Positions 18,279 to 28,519 of a stretch of DNA of 64,000 nucleotides are shown piece after piece. Source of the stretch: Terriglobia bacterium (GTDB taxonomy: Bacteria > Acidobacteriota > Terriglobia > 2-12-FULL-54-10); contig CAXVYR010000004.1 of NCBI GenBank assembly GCA_963666975.2, positions 1,920,001 through 1,984,000 of the forward strand. Direction: 5' to 3'. The position numbers and the translations under genes are program-made. How positions within the stretch are numbered: position 1 is the first letter of the stretch; each line of letters starts with the position of its first letter. A model generated the notes under the pieces. It saw nothing but the letters and a program-made list of their open reading frames with translations, did not search any database and was not told the origin of the DNA.

Positions 18279-18299
18279 AACGGAGATACAATCAAGCTC

Positions 18300-19613
18300 A
18301 TGGCCCAAGAGAAAATTCCCTCAGCAAATTCGAAACCGAAAAAAGTTGTGCTGGCGTATTCCGGGGGCCTGGATACCTCCATCATTATTCCCTGGCTGCG
18401 GGAGAACTATGGCTGCGAGGTGATCGCCATGGTGGGCGACATCGGCCAGGGCGACGATATGACCGAGGTCGCTCACAAGGCCGAAGCCAGCGGCGCCTCC
18501 AAGGTTTTGGTCGAGGATTTGCGCGAGCAGTTCGTCACGGAATTTCTATGGAAGCTGGTGCGCTCCGGCGCGGTCTACGAGCATAAGTACCTGCTGGGGA
18601 CCTCCATTGCCCGCCCGCTGCTGGCGCGCCGCCAAGCGGAGATTGCCCTGCAAGAAGGCGCCGACGCCCTGGCCCACGGTTGTACCGGCAAAGGGAACGA
18701 CCAGGTTCGCTTTGAGCTCACCTACAAGGCGTTTGCGCCTCAGCTTCCGGTGATTGCTCCGTGGCGGGAGTGGACCATCCGCACACGGGAGGAGGCCTTG
18801 GACTACGCCCGCGAGCATCAGATTCCAGTCGAGGCCAGCCTGGGGAAGCTTTACAGCCGCGACCGCAACCTTTGGCATTTGAGCCATGAGGGCGGCGTTT
18901 TGGAAGACCCTGCCACGCCCGTCCCCGAGGATGTCTGGCAACTGACACGCAGCCCGCAGCAGGCCCCGGAAGCGGCAGACGAGGTTCAGATCGGCTTTGA
19001 AAAAGGCGTGCCGGTGGTGGTCAACGGTTCCCGCCTGTCTCCGGTTGAGATCGTCGAGACGCTGAACCGCATCGGCGGCGAGCATGGCATCGGCCGGATC
19101 GATCTGGTGGAAAATCGCTTCGTGGGCATGAAATCGCGGGGCGCGTATGAGACACCGGGCGGAACGCTGATCGTGCTGGCCCACCGGGAGCTGGAAGCAC
19201 TGTGCCTGGACAGCGAGACGACCCACTACAAACAGCACGTGGCGCTCGACTATGCGGAGCTTGTCTACAACGGATTCTGGTACACGCCGCTGCGGGAGGC
19301 GCTGGACGCATTCTTCGGCCAGACGCAAACGGCCGTCACCGGGGAGGTGCGCCTGAAACTCTACCGCGGAAACGTGGAGGTGGTGGGCCGCAGCTCTCCC
19401 TGCTCGCTCTACGCGGAGGAGATCGCCAGCTTCACCATGGGCGATTCCTACAACCAGAAGGACGCCGAAGGCTTCATCAACTTGGTGGGCCTTCCCTTCC
19501 GGGTGCGTGCCTCGGTTTCATCGCGTTTTTCGGCGGCGGCGCCGGAAGCTTCGGCGGTTCCCGGAAGCGCGCGGAACATTTCAACTCGCAAGCCAACTCG
19601 CAAGGAGCGCTAA
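18300..19613 (+). CDS. argG: Argininosuccinate synthase
   Basis: [40 protein letters not shown]. Confidence 0.97.
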   Translation: MAQEKIPSANSKPKKVVLAYSGGLDTSIIIPWLRENYGCEVIAMVGDIGQGDDMTEVAHKAEASGASKVLVEDLREQFVTEFLWKLVRSGAVYEHKYLLGTSIARPLLARRQAEIALQEGADALAHGCTGKGNDQVRFELTYKAFAPQLPVIAPWREWTIRTREEALDYAREHQIPVEASLGKLYSRDRNLWHLSHEGGVLEDPATPVPEDVWQLTRSPQQAPEAADEVQIGFEKGVPVVVNGSRLSPVEIVETLNRIGGEHGIGRIDLVENRFVGMKSRGAYETPGGTLIVLAHRELEALCLDSETTHYKQHVALDYAELVYNGFWYTPLREALDAFFGQTQTAVTGEVRLKLYRGNVEVVGRSSPCSLYAEEIASFTMGDSYNQKDAEGFINLVGLPFRVRASVSSRFSAAAPEASAVPGSARNISTRKPTRKER

Positions 19614-19684
19614 TATTGCCGGCGGCAGTTCATTCGACGAGTTCCTGCGAAACCTTTTCTTCCGTTCTTCCGTAAACAGCAGCA

Positions 19685-21091
19685 ATGAAGAAACCTCCAA
19701 AACAACCGTACCGGCTGTGGGGCGGACGATTTGAGAAAGGTGCCGGAGAGCAGATGGAAACCTTCTCCCGCTCGCTGCAGTTTGATTACCGCCTCGCCCA
19801 TGCGGACATTCGGGGAACCAAAGCCTACGTCGGAGAACTCCAGCGCCTTGGGATTTTTTCGCGGCCCGAGGCGGAGAAGATATCGAAAAGCCTGGACGCG
19901 ATTGCCACCGAAGCCGCAGCCGCCGGGAAGAAATATTTCGAAGGAGCCGCCGAAGAAGACATCCACACCTTCCTGCTCGGTAAACTGCGGGAGAGGACGG
20001 GCGAGCTGGCCGACAAGGTGCATACCGGCCGCAGCCGCAACGAACAGGTGGCGCTCGATTTTCGTCTATGGCTCAAGGACGCTATCGGAGCTTCGCAATT
20101 GGCGCTGAAAACCCTGCTGGGGGCGCTGCTGGAGATGGCGGAGAAGCACTCGTCGGTAATCCTGCCGGGCTACACCCACATGCGGCGCGCCCAGCCGCTG
20201 CTCTGGCCGCACTACCTGCTGGCTTATTTCGAGATGTTCTCCCGCGACTATCAGCGCATGGGAAGGTGCTTTGAAAGCGCCGACGTGATGCCGCTCGGAA
20301 GCGGCGCGCTGGCCGGCGGCGGCCTGCCGATGGACCGCCAGAAGCTCGCGAAGGAACTGGGCTTCGCGCGGGTTTCCCGCAACAGTCTCGATGCGGTCAG
20401 CGACCGCGACTTCGCCTTGGAATTTCTCTTTGCCGCCAGCCTCTGCTTCCTCCACCTGAGCCGTCTGGCCGAGGACTGGATTCTGTACTCCTCCGAAGAG
20501 TTCGGTTTTCTGGAGATGGGCGACGAGGTCTCAACCGGCAGCAGTTTGATGCCTCAGAAGAAAAATCCCGATTCGCTGGAATTGATCCGGGGTAAGACAG
20601 GACGTGTGTTGGGACACTTAGTGGCTCTGGCAACTACGTTAAAGGCCCAGCCGCTGGCCTACAACCGTGACCTGCAAGAAGACAAAGAGCCCGTTTTCGA
20701 TGCTGCCGAACAGTTGGAACCGGCCTTGCGGCTGGCCGCACAAGTGGTGGAGACAACCACGCTCCGCCCGGAAACAATGAGAAAAGCGTCGGCGGAGGGC
20801 TGGCTCTGCGCAACTGATTTGGCGGAGTTTCTCTCCACGAAGGGCGTGGCTTTCCACAAGGCCCATGAAATTGTGGGAAAGCTGGTGCTCGACAGCGTCC
20901 GTGCCGGGAAACAGTCCGAGAGTTGCTCGCTCGAACAGTTGCAACGCTACTCACCGGCCTTTGACGAGCGGGCGCTGCCGCTGCTCGCTCCCGAGGCGGG
21001 CATTGCCAGACGAACCGTGCCCGGCGGCACCGCTTCCGCCAGTGTCAGCCAAGCGTTGAAAGAAGCCCGCGCCTGGCTGAAGGCTAAATAA
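19685..21091 (+). CDS. argH: Argininosuccinate lyase
   Basis: LWGGRF, HTGRSRNEQ, GYTH, GSSLMPQKKNPD, YNRDLQEDKE. Confidence 0.97.
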   Translation: MKKPPKQPYRLWGGRFEKGAGEQMETFSRSLQFDYRLAHADIRGTKAYVGELQRLGIFSRPEAEKISKSLDAIATEAAAAGKKYFEGAAEEDIHTFLLGKLRERTGELADKVHTGRSRNEQVALDFRLWLKDAIGASQLALKTLLGALLEMAEKHSSVILPGYTHMRRAQPLLWPHYLLAYFEMFSRDYQRMGRCFESADVMPLGSGALAGGGLPMDRQKLAKELGFARVSRNSLDAVSDRDFALEFLFAASLCFLHLSRLAEDWILYSSEEFGFLEMGDEVSTGSSLMPQKKNPDSLELIRGKTGRVLGHLVALATTLKAQPLAYNRDLQEDKEPVFDAAEQLEPALRLAAQVVETTTLRPETMRKASAEGWLCATDLAEFLSTKGVAFHKAHEIVGKLVLDSVRAGKQSESCSLEQLQRYSPAFDERALPLLAPEAGIARRTVPGGTASASVSQALKEARAWLKAK

Positions 21092-21199
21092 AAACATCCT
21101 CAACCATCCTGCAACCCCAAGCCAAATCAACTCAAAAAGCTGCAAACCTTAAATAGTTCCGCAAGCAGAGGTGGCGCATCGAGCCGTGCGCTATCCGAT

Positions 21200-22318
21200 T
21201 CATGGCTGGAGACTATATCGTGTCCCGGCCTTCTCGCGGTGGCGTTCCAGGGCCAGCTCGATGAGGCGGTCGATGAGACGAGGGTAGGTGAGGCCGCTGG
21301 CCTCCCACATCCGGGGATACATGCTGATGGAGGTGAAGCCCGGAATGGTGTTGATCTCGTTCAGGTAGATTTTTCCGCTGCCTTTCGCCAGAAAGAAATC
21401 CACGCGCGCCATGCCGGAGCACTCCGCTGTCTGGAATGCTTCTACGGCCAGCCGCCTGACCTGCTTCGTTTGTGCCGGGCGCAGCGGCGCTAGCACGATC
21501 AGCCGCGCGGTGTCTTCCAGGTACTTGGCCTCGTAATCGTAGAACTCGCCCGCAGGAACAATCTCACCGGGAACCGACGCAATGGGGTTGTCATTGCCGA
21601 GCACCGCACATTCGATTTCCCGCCCCTGGATGGCCCGCTCCACCAGCACCTTGCGGTCATAGGCGGCTGCGGTTTCTAGTGCCTTAACCAGCTCTTTTCG
21701 GTTGCGGGCTTTGCTGACGCCCACCGAAGAGCCGAGATTAGCCGGCTTGACAAATACCGGGTATCGAAACTTCTTCTCGATAGCCTGGAGGCTCCGGCGG
21801 GGAGAAGCTTCAAAATCGGGGCGTCGAACTACAAGGTAAGGCACGATGGGCAATCCGCGCTCGCGGAACAGCCGCTTCATGACATCCTTGTCCATACCCA
21901 CAGCAGAACCCAGCACGCCCGCGCCCACGTAGGGAATGCCGGCCAGTTCCAGCAGCCCCTGAATGGTGCCGTCCTCGCCGAAGGTGCCGTGCAGGACCGG
22001 AAAGATCACGTCCAGTCGGCCCAGGCTTCCCTTCGCGCCGGAACCGGGAATCGGGATGAGTTGCGCGCCTCCCTGCGGGTTCGCCGCCGGAAGAACCTCC
22101 CGGCCCCTGTTAAGGATTGCTGGGAGCGCAGCGCCCTTGCTGAAAGCGCCGGTCGGGGGGCCCGCTCGCCAGCGGCCTTGCTTGGTGATTCCGATGGGTA
22201 TGATCTCGTATTTGTCGCGGTCTGCGGCGCTGATGATATTCCGCGCCGATTGGAGCGAGACTTCATGCTCGGCCGAGCGGCCTCCGAAAAGAATTCCGAC
22301 TCTGAGTTTCCTGGCCAT
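21200..22318 (-). CDS. ddl: D-alanine--D-alanine ligase
   Basis: [39 protein letters not shown]. Confidence 0.96.
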   Translation of the reverse strand: MARKLRVGILFGGRSAEHEVSLQSARNIISAADRDKYEIIPIGITKQGRWRAGPPTGAFSKGAALPAILNRGREVLPAANPQGGAQLIPIPGSGAKGSLGRLDVIFPVLHGTFGEDGTIQGLLELAGIPYVGAGVLGSAVGMDKDVMKRLFRERGLPIVPYLVVRRPDFEASPRRSLQAIEKKFRYPVFVKPANLGSSVGVSKARNRKELVKALETAAAYDRKVLVERAIQGREIECAVLGNDNPIASVPGEIVPAGEFYDYEAKYLEDTARLIVLAPLRPAQTKQVRRLAVEAFQTAECSGMARVDFFLAKGSGKIYLNEINTIPGFTSISMYPRMWEASGLTYPRLIDRLIELALERHREKAGTRYSLQP

Positions 22319-22326
22319 ATCCTAAT

Positions 22327-22385
22327 CCGAGCCGCGACCGTGAGGGAGCGGACACATTAACCGCTTGCTCACGCGCGCGGCTCCG
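22327..22385. repeat. Inverted REP doublet (type A forward, type B reverse)
   Basis: CCGAGCCGCGACCGTGAGGGAGCGG, 9-bp spacer, CCGCTTGCTCACGCGCGCGGCTCCG. Confidence 0.85.
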
Positions 22386-22412
22386 AACCACAAATGCACT
22401 CATTCCACAGAA

Positions 22413-22904
22413 TCAACCGGCCTTCCACGAAATCAGCCGCCGAGGTGAGATTTTGATGACGGGCTTGTCTTCGAGTTGCATCTTGAGGTATGGCGCATAT
22501 TTGCGCCGCAACAAGCCGATGGCGGCCCGTTGCTCCTTGCCTACCGGGAGCAGTTCGGCGATGCCCTCGACCAAAATGTAGGAAAGCCTGCTCCAGTTCT
22601 CCTCGTAGTGATCCACCACCAGCGAGACCTGCGGATTGGCCTCGATATTCCTCAATCGCCGCAAACGAGCCGCGGGTACCCGCTTGGGCTTTTCATCGAC
22701 GACCGAATAAATGCTCCCCTGGCCGCAGGCAAAGCAGACGGGCACCACCAGCGGTTTGCCTGCCGCGTCGGCGGTCGCCAGATGCGCCACCCGGAAGCGA
22801 TTGACCCGGACCAAACCAATCTTTGTCACTGCCTGCGGCATTTTTCGTTTAACCGGAACTTTTCGGCGTTTGGATTTCAGGAAAGCCATTGTGCGTCTCA
22901 ACAA
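22413..22904 (-). CDS. PPOX-class (putative F420-dependent, TIGR03668/Rv0121-like) oxidoreductase
   Basis: VAHLATADA, VPVCF, DEKPK, RLRNIEANPQVSLVVDHYEENWSRL; true start may be downstream. Confidence 0.8.
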   Translation of the reverse strand: MLRRTMAFLKSKRRKVPVKRKMPQAVTKIGLVRVNRFRVAHLATADAAGKPLVVPVCFACGQGSIYSVVDEKPKRVPAARLRRLRNIEANPQVSLVVDHYEENWSRLSYILVEGIAELLPVGKEQRAAIGLLRRKYAPYLKMQLEDKPVIKISPRRLISWKAG

Positions 22905-22931
22905 CGGAAGGGAAAGCGGGCGGTCATCCCC

Positions 22932-23838
22932 CTACAGGATTTTCTTGCCCAGCGCCGAAAGCGCCAGTTCCACTCCCAGCGCCGCCGTCTTGTTAGCCAC
23001 GTCGATTACCGGATTGATCTCCACGATTTCAAGCGACAGCATCCGCCCGGCATCGGCCACCATCTCCATCACCAAATGCGCCTCCCGGTAAGTGGATCCT
23101 CCCCGCACGGGGGTCCCCACACCAGGAGCCTCGGAAGGGTCCAGAAAATCCATGTCCAGCGAAACCGCAAACCCGGCGGTATCACGGTCGGCAATCGCAA
23201 TGGCTTCCTCCATCACCCGCCGCACGCCGCGTTCGTCAATGTCGCGCATGGTGTAAACGGTCAGGCCGCATTCGCTCACCGCGCGCCTCTCGGCGGCGTC
23301 AATATTCCGCACTCCTACCAGAACCGCATTGCGGGGTGAGACCGCCGGGGCGGCGAAGACGTGAGTTAATTCCCGTGGCCCGAAGCCCAGGCAGCAGGCT
23401 AGCGGCATGCCGTGAATATTTCCGCTGGGCGATGTCTCCGGCGTGTTCATGTCCGAGTGCGCGTCCACCCAGATCAGGCCCGTTTGTTTTCCCTGCCGCC
23501 GATAGTACTCTGAGACGCCCGCCACTGTCCCGACGGCGATCGAGTGGTCGCCTCCCAGAACCAGAGGCAGGCAGCCTTCCTCCAGCGCTTCCAACACCCA
23601 GGCGGCGTGGCGGCGGCAGGTGTCGGCGATCTCGGCCAGGTATTTGGCTCGCCCGTCTCCGCAGGACTGCATCTCCCGAATGGGGACCGCCAAATTTCCG
23701 GCGTCTTCCACCTGATAGCCCAGCTCCTCAACGCGCGCATTCAGGGCCCGCCACGCGCAGGGCCGAAGGCCCCATGTCCACGCCCCGGCGCTGCTGGCCC
23801 AGGTCTAGCGGAACGCCGATGATGTGAATCTTGCGCAT
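22932..23838 (-). CDS. rocF: Arginase (apparent +1 frameshift at about 23744-23746)
   Basis: Hand-translated N-terminus [28 protein letters not shown] joins the ORF carrying [25 protein letters not shown] and GTP. Confidence 0.88.
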
Positions 23839-23863
23839 GGTGAAAACAGAAGTCAGGAGTCAG

Positions 23864-24450
23864 AATCCGAGCCGCGACCGCGAGGGAGCGGGGGCTCCCT
23901 TATCACCCCTCGTACCACGCTGCCATCGGTTCGCCTTGCCCATGCACTACGTATTCCACCGCCGCTGCCACGTGCTTCGGCTGCCAAAGATACCGAGTGC
24001 TGCCATGGCGAGTCCAGCGCTTCCGCGACCCGTCCTGAGAATCAGGACCGCTCAGGGCGCGGCTGGCATAAGCCTTGAGTTCCAGCAAAATTCTCTCGGG
24101 AGCTTGCTCTGCCGCCACGACGATGTGGACGTGAGAGGATCGGACGTGCGCTGCGAACAGCCTCCAATTGCGATGCGCACAATGTTGCTGGAGCGCCCGC
24201 AACACGATTTTCCTCCGAGCACGATCCAGTGTATAAGGCCTTTGCTGCATTTTGCGCTGATCAGTTATAACCCATCCACGTTTCGGCGGGAGAAACGGAG
24301 TGCGGGGGACGCTGTTGCGCCGGTCAACAGAACCCTCTTCGTCACCGTGCAGCCTCGCGCCGTAACACGTAAACGTAATCAAATAGGCCAGCGGAGTTCC
24401 CGGGCACATAAAGTATCAGCCACCGCTCCCTTGCGGTCGCGGCTCGGATT
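23864..24450 (-). mobile_element. REPtron-like locus: HUH/Y1 nuclease gene flanked by 28-bp inverted REP-like repeats
   Basis: AATCCGAGCCGCGACCGCGAGGGAGCGG (23864-23891) and its inverse (24423-24450); one mismatch, in the loop. Confidence 0.8.
23903..24409 (-). CDS. Y1/HUH transposase-like protein (RAYT/TnpA-REP-like)
   Basis: YLITFTCYG, HUH motif SHVHIVV, LKAYASR, W..H, C-terminal EYVVHGQ with candidate catalytic Tyr; 168 aa. Confidence 0.8.
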   Translation of the reverse strand: MCPGTPLAYLITFTCYGARLHGDEEGSVDRRNSVPRTPFLPPKRGWVITDQRKMQQRPYTLDRARRKIVLRALQQHCAHRNWRLFAAHVRSSHVHIVVAAEQAPERILLELKAYASRALSGPDSQDGSRKRWTRHGSTRYLWQPKHVAAAVEYVVHGQGEPMAAWYEG

Positions 24451-24463
24451 GGAAGGATCACTG

Positions 24464-24530
24464 GTAGCCACGATAAATTGGCGGTTTCAATTTGCCGTGG
24501 GGTTGTAAATTCGGAGAAAGGCCCACGGCG
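24464..24530. repeat. GTAG-headed palindromic repeat adjacent to the Y1 locus
   Basis: GTAGCCACGATAAATTG..CAATTTGCCGTGGG..CCCACGGC; homologous to 11961-12027. Confidence 0.65.
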
Positions 24531-24595
24531 AGCGATTTCCCATTTCTAACTCTGTGTCTCTGTGACTCTATGGCTGACTCCTTTCGTCGCGCGGA

Positions 24596-25957
24596 TCAGG
24601 GCCGCATCCGGTGCAGCATGCGGGGAAAGGCGATGGTCTCCCGAACGTGCTCCAGGCCGCAGATCCATGCCACCACTCGCTCGATCCCCATTCCGAAACC
24701 GGCATGGGGGACCGAGCCGTACTTGCGGAGGTCCTCATACCAGTCGAAGGTCTCCTCCGGGAGGTTCTGCTCCTGAATCCGGCGGCGGAGCAGATTGCGG
24801 TCCGAGATGCGCTGGCCGCCGCCGATGATCTCGCCGTAACCTTCGGGGGCCAGCACGTCCACGCCCAGGGCCACTTCCGGTCGGCTGGCATCCGGCTCCA
24901 TATAGAACGCCTTGATGGCAGCCGGGAAGCGATGCACCATCACGGGCTTGGAAAACTCCTCGCTCAGCAACGTTTCGTCGGTTCCGCCAAAGTCTCCGCC
25001 CCACTGAAAGTCGCTCCCCTTGCGCTTTAATATTTCCACCGCTTCATCGTAGGAGATGCGCGGGAAGGGAGCCTCGACCTGCTCCAGGCGCGAAATGTCG
25101 CGTTCCAGCGTTTCCAGCTCCCGCCGCCGGTTGGCGAGTACGCGCTGAACGACAAAGGTGACGAACCGCTCGGCCAGCTCCATGGCGTCTTCCAGGGTAG
25201 CGAAGGCCATCTCCGGCTCCACCATCCAAAACTCCATCAGGTGGCGGCGGGTCTTGGACTTTTCCGCCCGGAAGGTGGGGCCGAAACAATAGACCTTCCC
25301 GAAAGCGGCTGCCGTAGCTTCGCTGTAAAGCTGCCCGGACTGGGTGAGGAAAGCCTTGTCGTCGAAATATTGCGTCTCAAAGAGCGTCGTGGTGCCTTCG
25401 CAAGCCGCCGGAGTCAGAATCGGGGTGTCAACCAGAATGAAGCCCTCTCCGTCCAGGTAATCCCGGCAGGCCTTGCTGATCTCATGGCGGATGCGCAGGA
25501 TGGCGTTCTGCCGCTGGGAGCGCAGCCAGAGGTGCCGGTGGTTCATCAGGAACTCGACGCCATGCTCCTTGGGCGTGATCGGGAACGGCTCCTCGACAGG
25601 GACCCCCTGCACGAGCTCCAGTTGTGTCACGTCCATCTCGTATCCGCCCACGGCGCGGCTGTCGGCGCGAACCGTGCCGCGGACAATCACCGAAGATTCC
25701 TGCGTCAACTCTCGGGTCAGCGCGAACACTTCCGGCGCGACCGCCTTTTTCGCCACAATGCCCTGCAACAATCCGGTCCCGTCCCGGAAAATCGGAAACA
25801 GAAGCTTGCCCGACTGGCGCAGGTTGTAGAGCCACCCTTGCACCGTCACCTCTTGGCCTGCAAAGCGGGAGATGTTCTCGATGGAGACCACCGGCGGCAG
25901 GTCTTTCCCTTCTTCCGGCCCTTCCGCCGGTATGGCCGCGCCGTTCTCCTCCGTCAT
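24596..25957 (-). CDS. asnS: Asparagine--tRNA ligase
   Basis: OB fold (RDGTG), [47 protein letters not shown]. Confidence 0.96.
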   Translation of the reverse strand: MTEENGAAIPAEGPEEGKDLPPVVSIENISRFAGQEVTVQGWLYNLRQSGKLLFPIFRDGTGLLQGIVAKKAVAPEVFALTRELTQESSVIVRGTVRADSRAVGGYEMDVTQLELVQGVPVEEPFPITPKEHGVEFLMNHRHLWLRSQRQNAILRIRHEISKACRDYLDGEGFILVDTPILTPAACEGTTTLFETQYFDDKAFLTQSGQLYSEATAAAFGKVYCFGPTFRAEKSKTRRHLMEFWMVEPEMAFATLEDAMELAERFVTFVVQRVLANRRRELETLERDISRLEQVEAPFPRISYDEAVEILKRKGSDFQWGGDFGGTDETLLSEEFSKPVMVHRFPAAIKAFYMEPDASRPEVALGVDVLAPEGYGEIIGGGQRISDRNLLRRRIQEQNLPEETFDWYEDLRKYGSVPHAGFGMGIERVVAWICGLEHVRETIAFPRMLHRMRP

Positions 25958-26140
25958 GGTTTGACCTCCTCCAGCATTCGCTCCAATCTCCCGCAGATTT
26001 CAGCCTCTTTGCCCAGGCTGGCGGAAAGCTTTTCCGTGCTGTGAGCCGCGCTCCCGGCTTCCAGCAAAAGCGGCGGCGAGAGCCTTCCTTCAGAAAAGCT
26101 GTGTGGAGATGGCTCTTTGCATAAAGACTACGGGGCAAAT

Positions 26141-26530
26141 TCACAAAGGGTTTCCATCCGGCAACGCTTCCCGCACACGGTCCAGCACCACTTCCGCCAT
26201 GGCGGGCGAGCTTTCGAGCGACGCTCCCGCCAGAATCTCCACCTGGGGAAACAAAGCGCGTTGCCGGTCGATCAACCGCGGCAGGTCCTTACGGACGTGG
26301 ACGCCCATGACCAAAAAATACGGGATCACCACGATGCGGTCCGCTCCCGCAGCGACCGATTTCGCAATGGCGGCTCCCATGTCCGGTTGCGTCATCTCCA
26401 GAAAAGCGCAACTGGCCGGGCAGCCGGCGCGGCGGGAGACCTCTTCGGCCAGCCGGGCGACCCCTTGGTTGGCCTCCGGGACAGAGGAGCCGTGCGCAAA
26501 GACAATAATCGCCGTGCTAGCGCCTTTCAT
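26141..26530 (-). CDS. CbiX/SirB-family short chelatase
   Basis: AHGS, AFLE, PYFLVMGVHVRKDLP. Confidence 0.85.
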   Translation of the reverse strand: MKGASTAIIVFAHGSSVPEANQGVARLAEEVSRRAGCPASCAFLEMTQPDMGAAIAKSVAAGADRIVVIPYFLVMGVHVRKDLPRLIDRQRALFPQVEILAGASLESSPAMAEVVLDRVREALPDGNPL

Positions 26531-26563
26531 CTGTGGTTTGATCCTGTGGTTTGATCCTGCGAT

Positions 26564-27138
26564 TCAGTCTAACCGCTGCCGGAGGGCTTCCCTGCGCCGC
26601 GCGAAGACGCCCTCTGCCGGAACGGCCGCCGGAACCGGCGGCGCCCCATTCTCGCTAAGCGGTTCCGCGCCTTGCGAGCATCCTAAGCTTTCTTGGCCGG
26701 TGGGCATAGAGGGGGGAACGTAATGGATAAAGGCGCGCATCAGCTGGATTTCGTCGTCTTTCTGGCTGATGTTGTGCAGCAGCAAATCGCGCAAGGAAAC
26801 CATCCCCACCAGTTTTCCGCCGCTGACGGTCGGAAGATGCCGGCAGTTGGCCTGGTTCATCACGCGCATGCAGTCTTCCACCGAAGTCTGGGCATCGACG
26901 ACGACAGGGTTCGGCGTCATCACCTGCTCAACCGGAGTATCCGCCGGAGAGAGTCCTTTGCTGACGACCCGCGTCATCAAATCCCGCTCGGAAAAGATGC
27001 CCACCAGACTTTCCCCTCCAGCACGCTCACGGCCCCCACTTTCATCTGCGTCATGAACTGAACCACATCCAAAACCAGACGTTCTTTTTGGACGGAATGA
27101 ACTTCCGGCCTCTTTACCAGTTCGTGAATCTCTGGCAC
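26564..27138 (-). CDS. CBS-pair protein (apparent -1 frameshift at C4, 27013-27016)
   Basis: GGAGGG RBS + GTG 27138 gives MPEIHELVK...KVGAVSVLEG, continued by LVGIFSERD...VMTPNP...RHLP...GMVSLRD. Confidence 0.8.
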
Positions 27139-27368
27139 AAATCCCTCCGGAAAGCAGCCGATTTAGAAGGGTATCACAAAACCCTTCCGGCGGAATGCCT
27201 CCGCTCATGCGGCATTAGCGTATAGTATCTCCCATTCTCGAAGCTCTCGCAGGGCAAACGCTTATCGCAATGAATTTGCCAGCGGACTTATAGCGCGGCA
27301 GCCTGAACAGACGGTTATTGTACAAACGGCTAGTAAAAAGATGGGCTGCTTGAGATAAATAAAGGCTC

Positions 27369-28505
27369 ATGGTTTCTCCACCTGAACAGTCCCCGGAAAG
27401 GGCGGTCCCGCTCGGGCTTGTGGGGCGGCTTTTTCTTAAGCTGGGATTGGTTGGTTTCGGCGGGCCCCTGGCTCACATCGCTCTGATCCAGGACGAGGTG
27501 GTGGAAAAGCGAAACTGGCTCACCAAAACTCAATTCCTGGACGGCCTGGCTCTCTGCCAAATGCTTCCCGGCCCCGTCTCCACCCAACTGGCTATCTACA
27601 CGGGCCTGCGTCTGAGGGGCTACCGGGGAGCAATGGTCTCCGGCTGCGCCTTCATCCTCCCGGCTTTCTGTCTGCTGCTGATTTTCACATGGGCTTATTT
27701 CCGCTTCGGGGCCATTCCCGCCGTGCAGGGGCTTTTTTACGGCGCCACCCCCGTCATCCTGGCGATGATCCTGGCCACCTCCCACCGCCTGGGCAAGGCG
27801 GCGGTGACCGACCGGCTTTTGCTGGCGATGCTTGTGACCAGCGCCGTCCTGGTGGCCTTTTTCTCCTTCAACATCGTCCTGCTGTTTGCGCTGATGGGGC
27901 TGCTGGGAATTCTTTACTATGGCCCGAAGGGGAAAGGTTCCCATGGCGCCGCCAAACTCCCGGCGATGGTTCCCTTTCCGCTGCTGGCGCAGTTGGGCTG
28001 GTTTTTTCTCAAGGTCGGCTCGCTGATCTTCGGCGGAGGGTTGGTGATCATCCCCTTCATTGAAAGGGAGGTGGTGGAGATTCTGGGATGGTTAACCCAC
28101 AAGGAATTTTTGGACGGGCTGGCTTTGGGACAGATCACCCCCGGCCCTGTGGTCATCACGGCTACCTTCATCGGCTACAAGGTGGCCGGTTTGTCGGGCG
28201 CGATGGTGGCGACAGGAGCAATTTTTCTTCCTTCCTTCCTCTTCATCTTCGCGGGCGCGGCGTACCTGCGAAGAATCGAGAACTCGCCCTACGTTAAGGC
28301 GCTGCTAAAAACCGTCAACGCAGCGGCAGTGGGAGCCATTCTGGGCGCTTTTCTGAGACTCTCCCAGCAATCGTTGTTTCACATTTTCCCTTTCCTTCTG
28401 TTTGCCGCCGCCCTGGCTGGCATCGTGCGTTACAAGGTCGCTTTTCTACGGCTGCTGGCTGCGGGCGCGCTGCTCGGATGGGTGGCGCATTGGGCAGGAA
28501 TATAA
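27369..28505 (+). CDS. chrA: Chromate transporter, CHR family (long chain)
   Basis: Duplicated FLKLGLVGFGG...LPGP and FLKVGSLIFGGG...ITPGP halves. Confidence 0.92.
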   Translation: MVSPPEQSPERAVPLGLVGRLFLKLGLVGFGGPLAHIALIQDEVVEKRNWLTKTQFLDGLALCQMLPGPVSTQLAIYTGLRLRGYRGAMVSGCAFILPAFCLLLIFTWAYFRFGAIPAVQGLFYGATPVILAMILATSHRLGKAAVTDRLLLAMLVTSAVLVAFFSFNIVLLFALMGLLGILYYGPKGKGSHGAAKLPAMVPFPLLAQLGWFFLKVGSLIFGGGLVIIPFIEREVVEILGWLTHKEFLDGLALGQITPGPVVITATFIGYKVAGLSGAMVATGAIFLPSFLFIFAGAAYLRRIENSPYVKALLKTVNAAAVGAILGAFLRLSQQSLFHIFPFLLFAAALAGIVRYKVAFLRLLAAGALLGWVAHWAGI

Positions 28506-28519
28506 CCCCAAAGCTGGGA

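Noticed and set aside
26531-26559. 13-bp tandem duplication CTGTGGTTTGATC upstream of the cbiX-like gene
   Set aside because: Only two copies; consistent with slippage, with no evidence of function.
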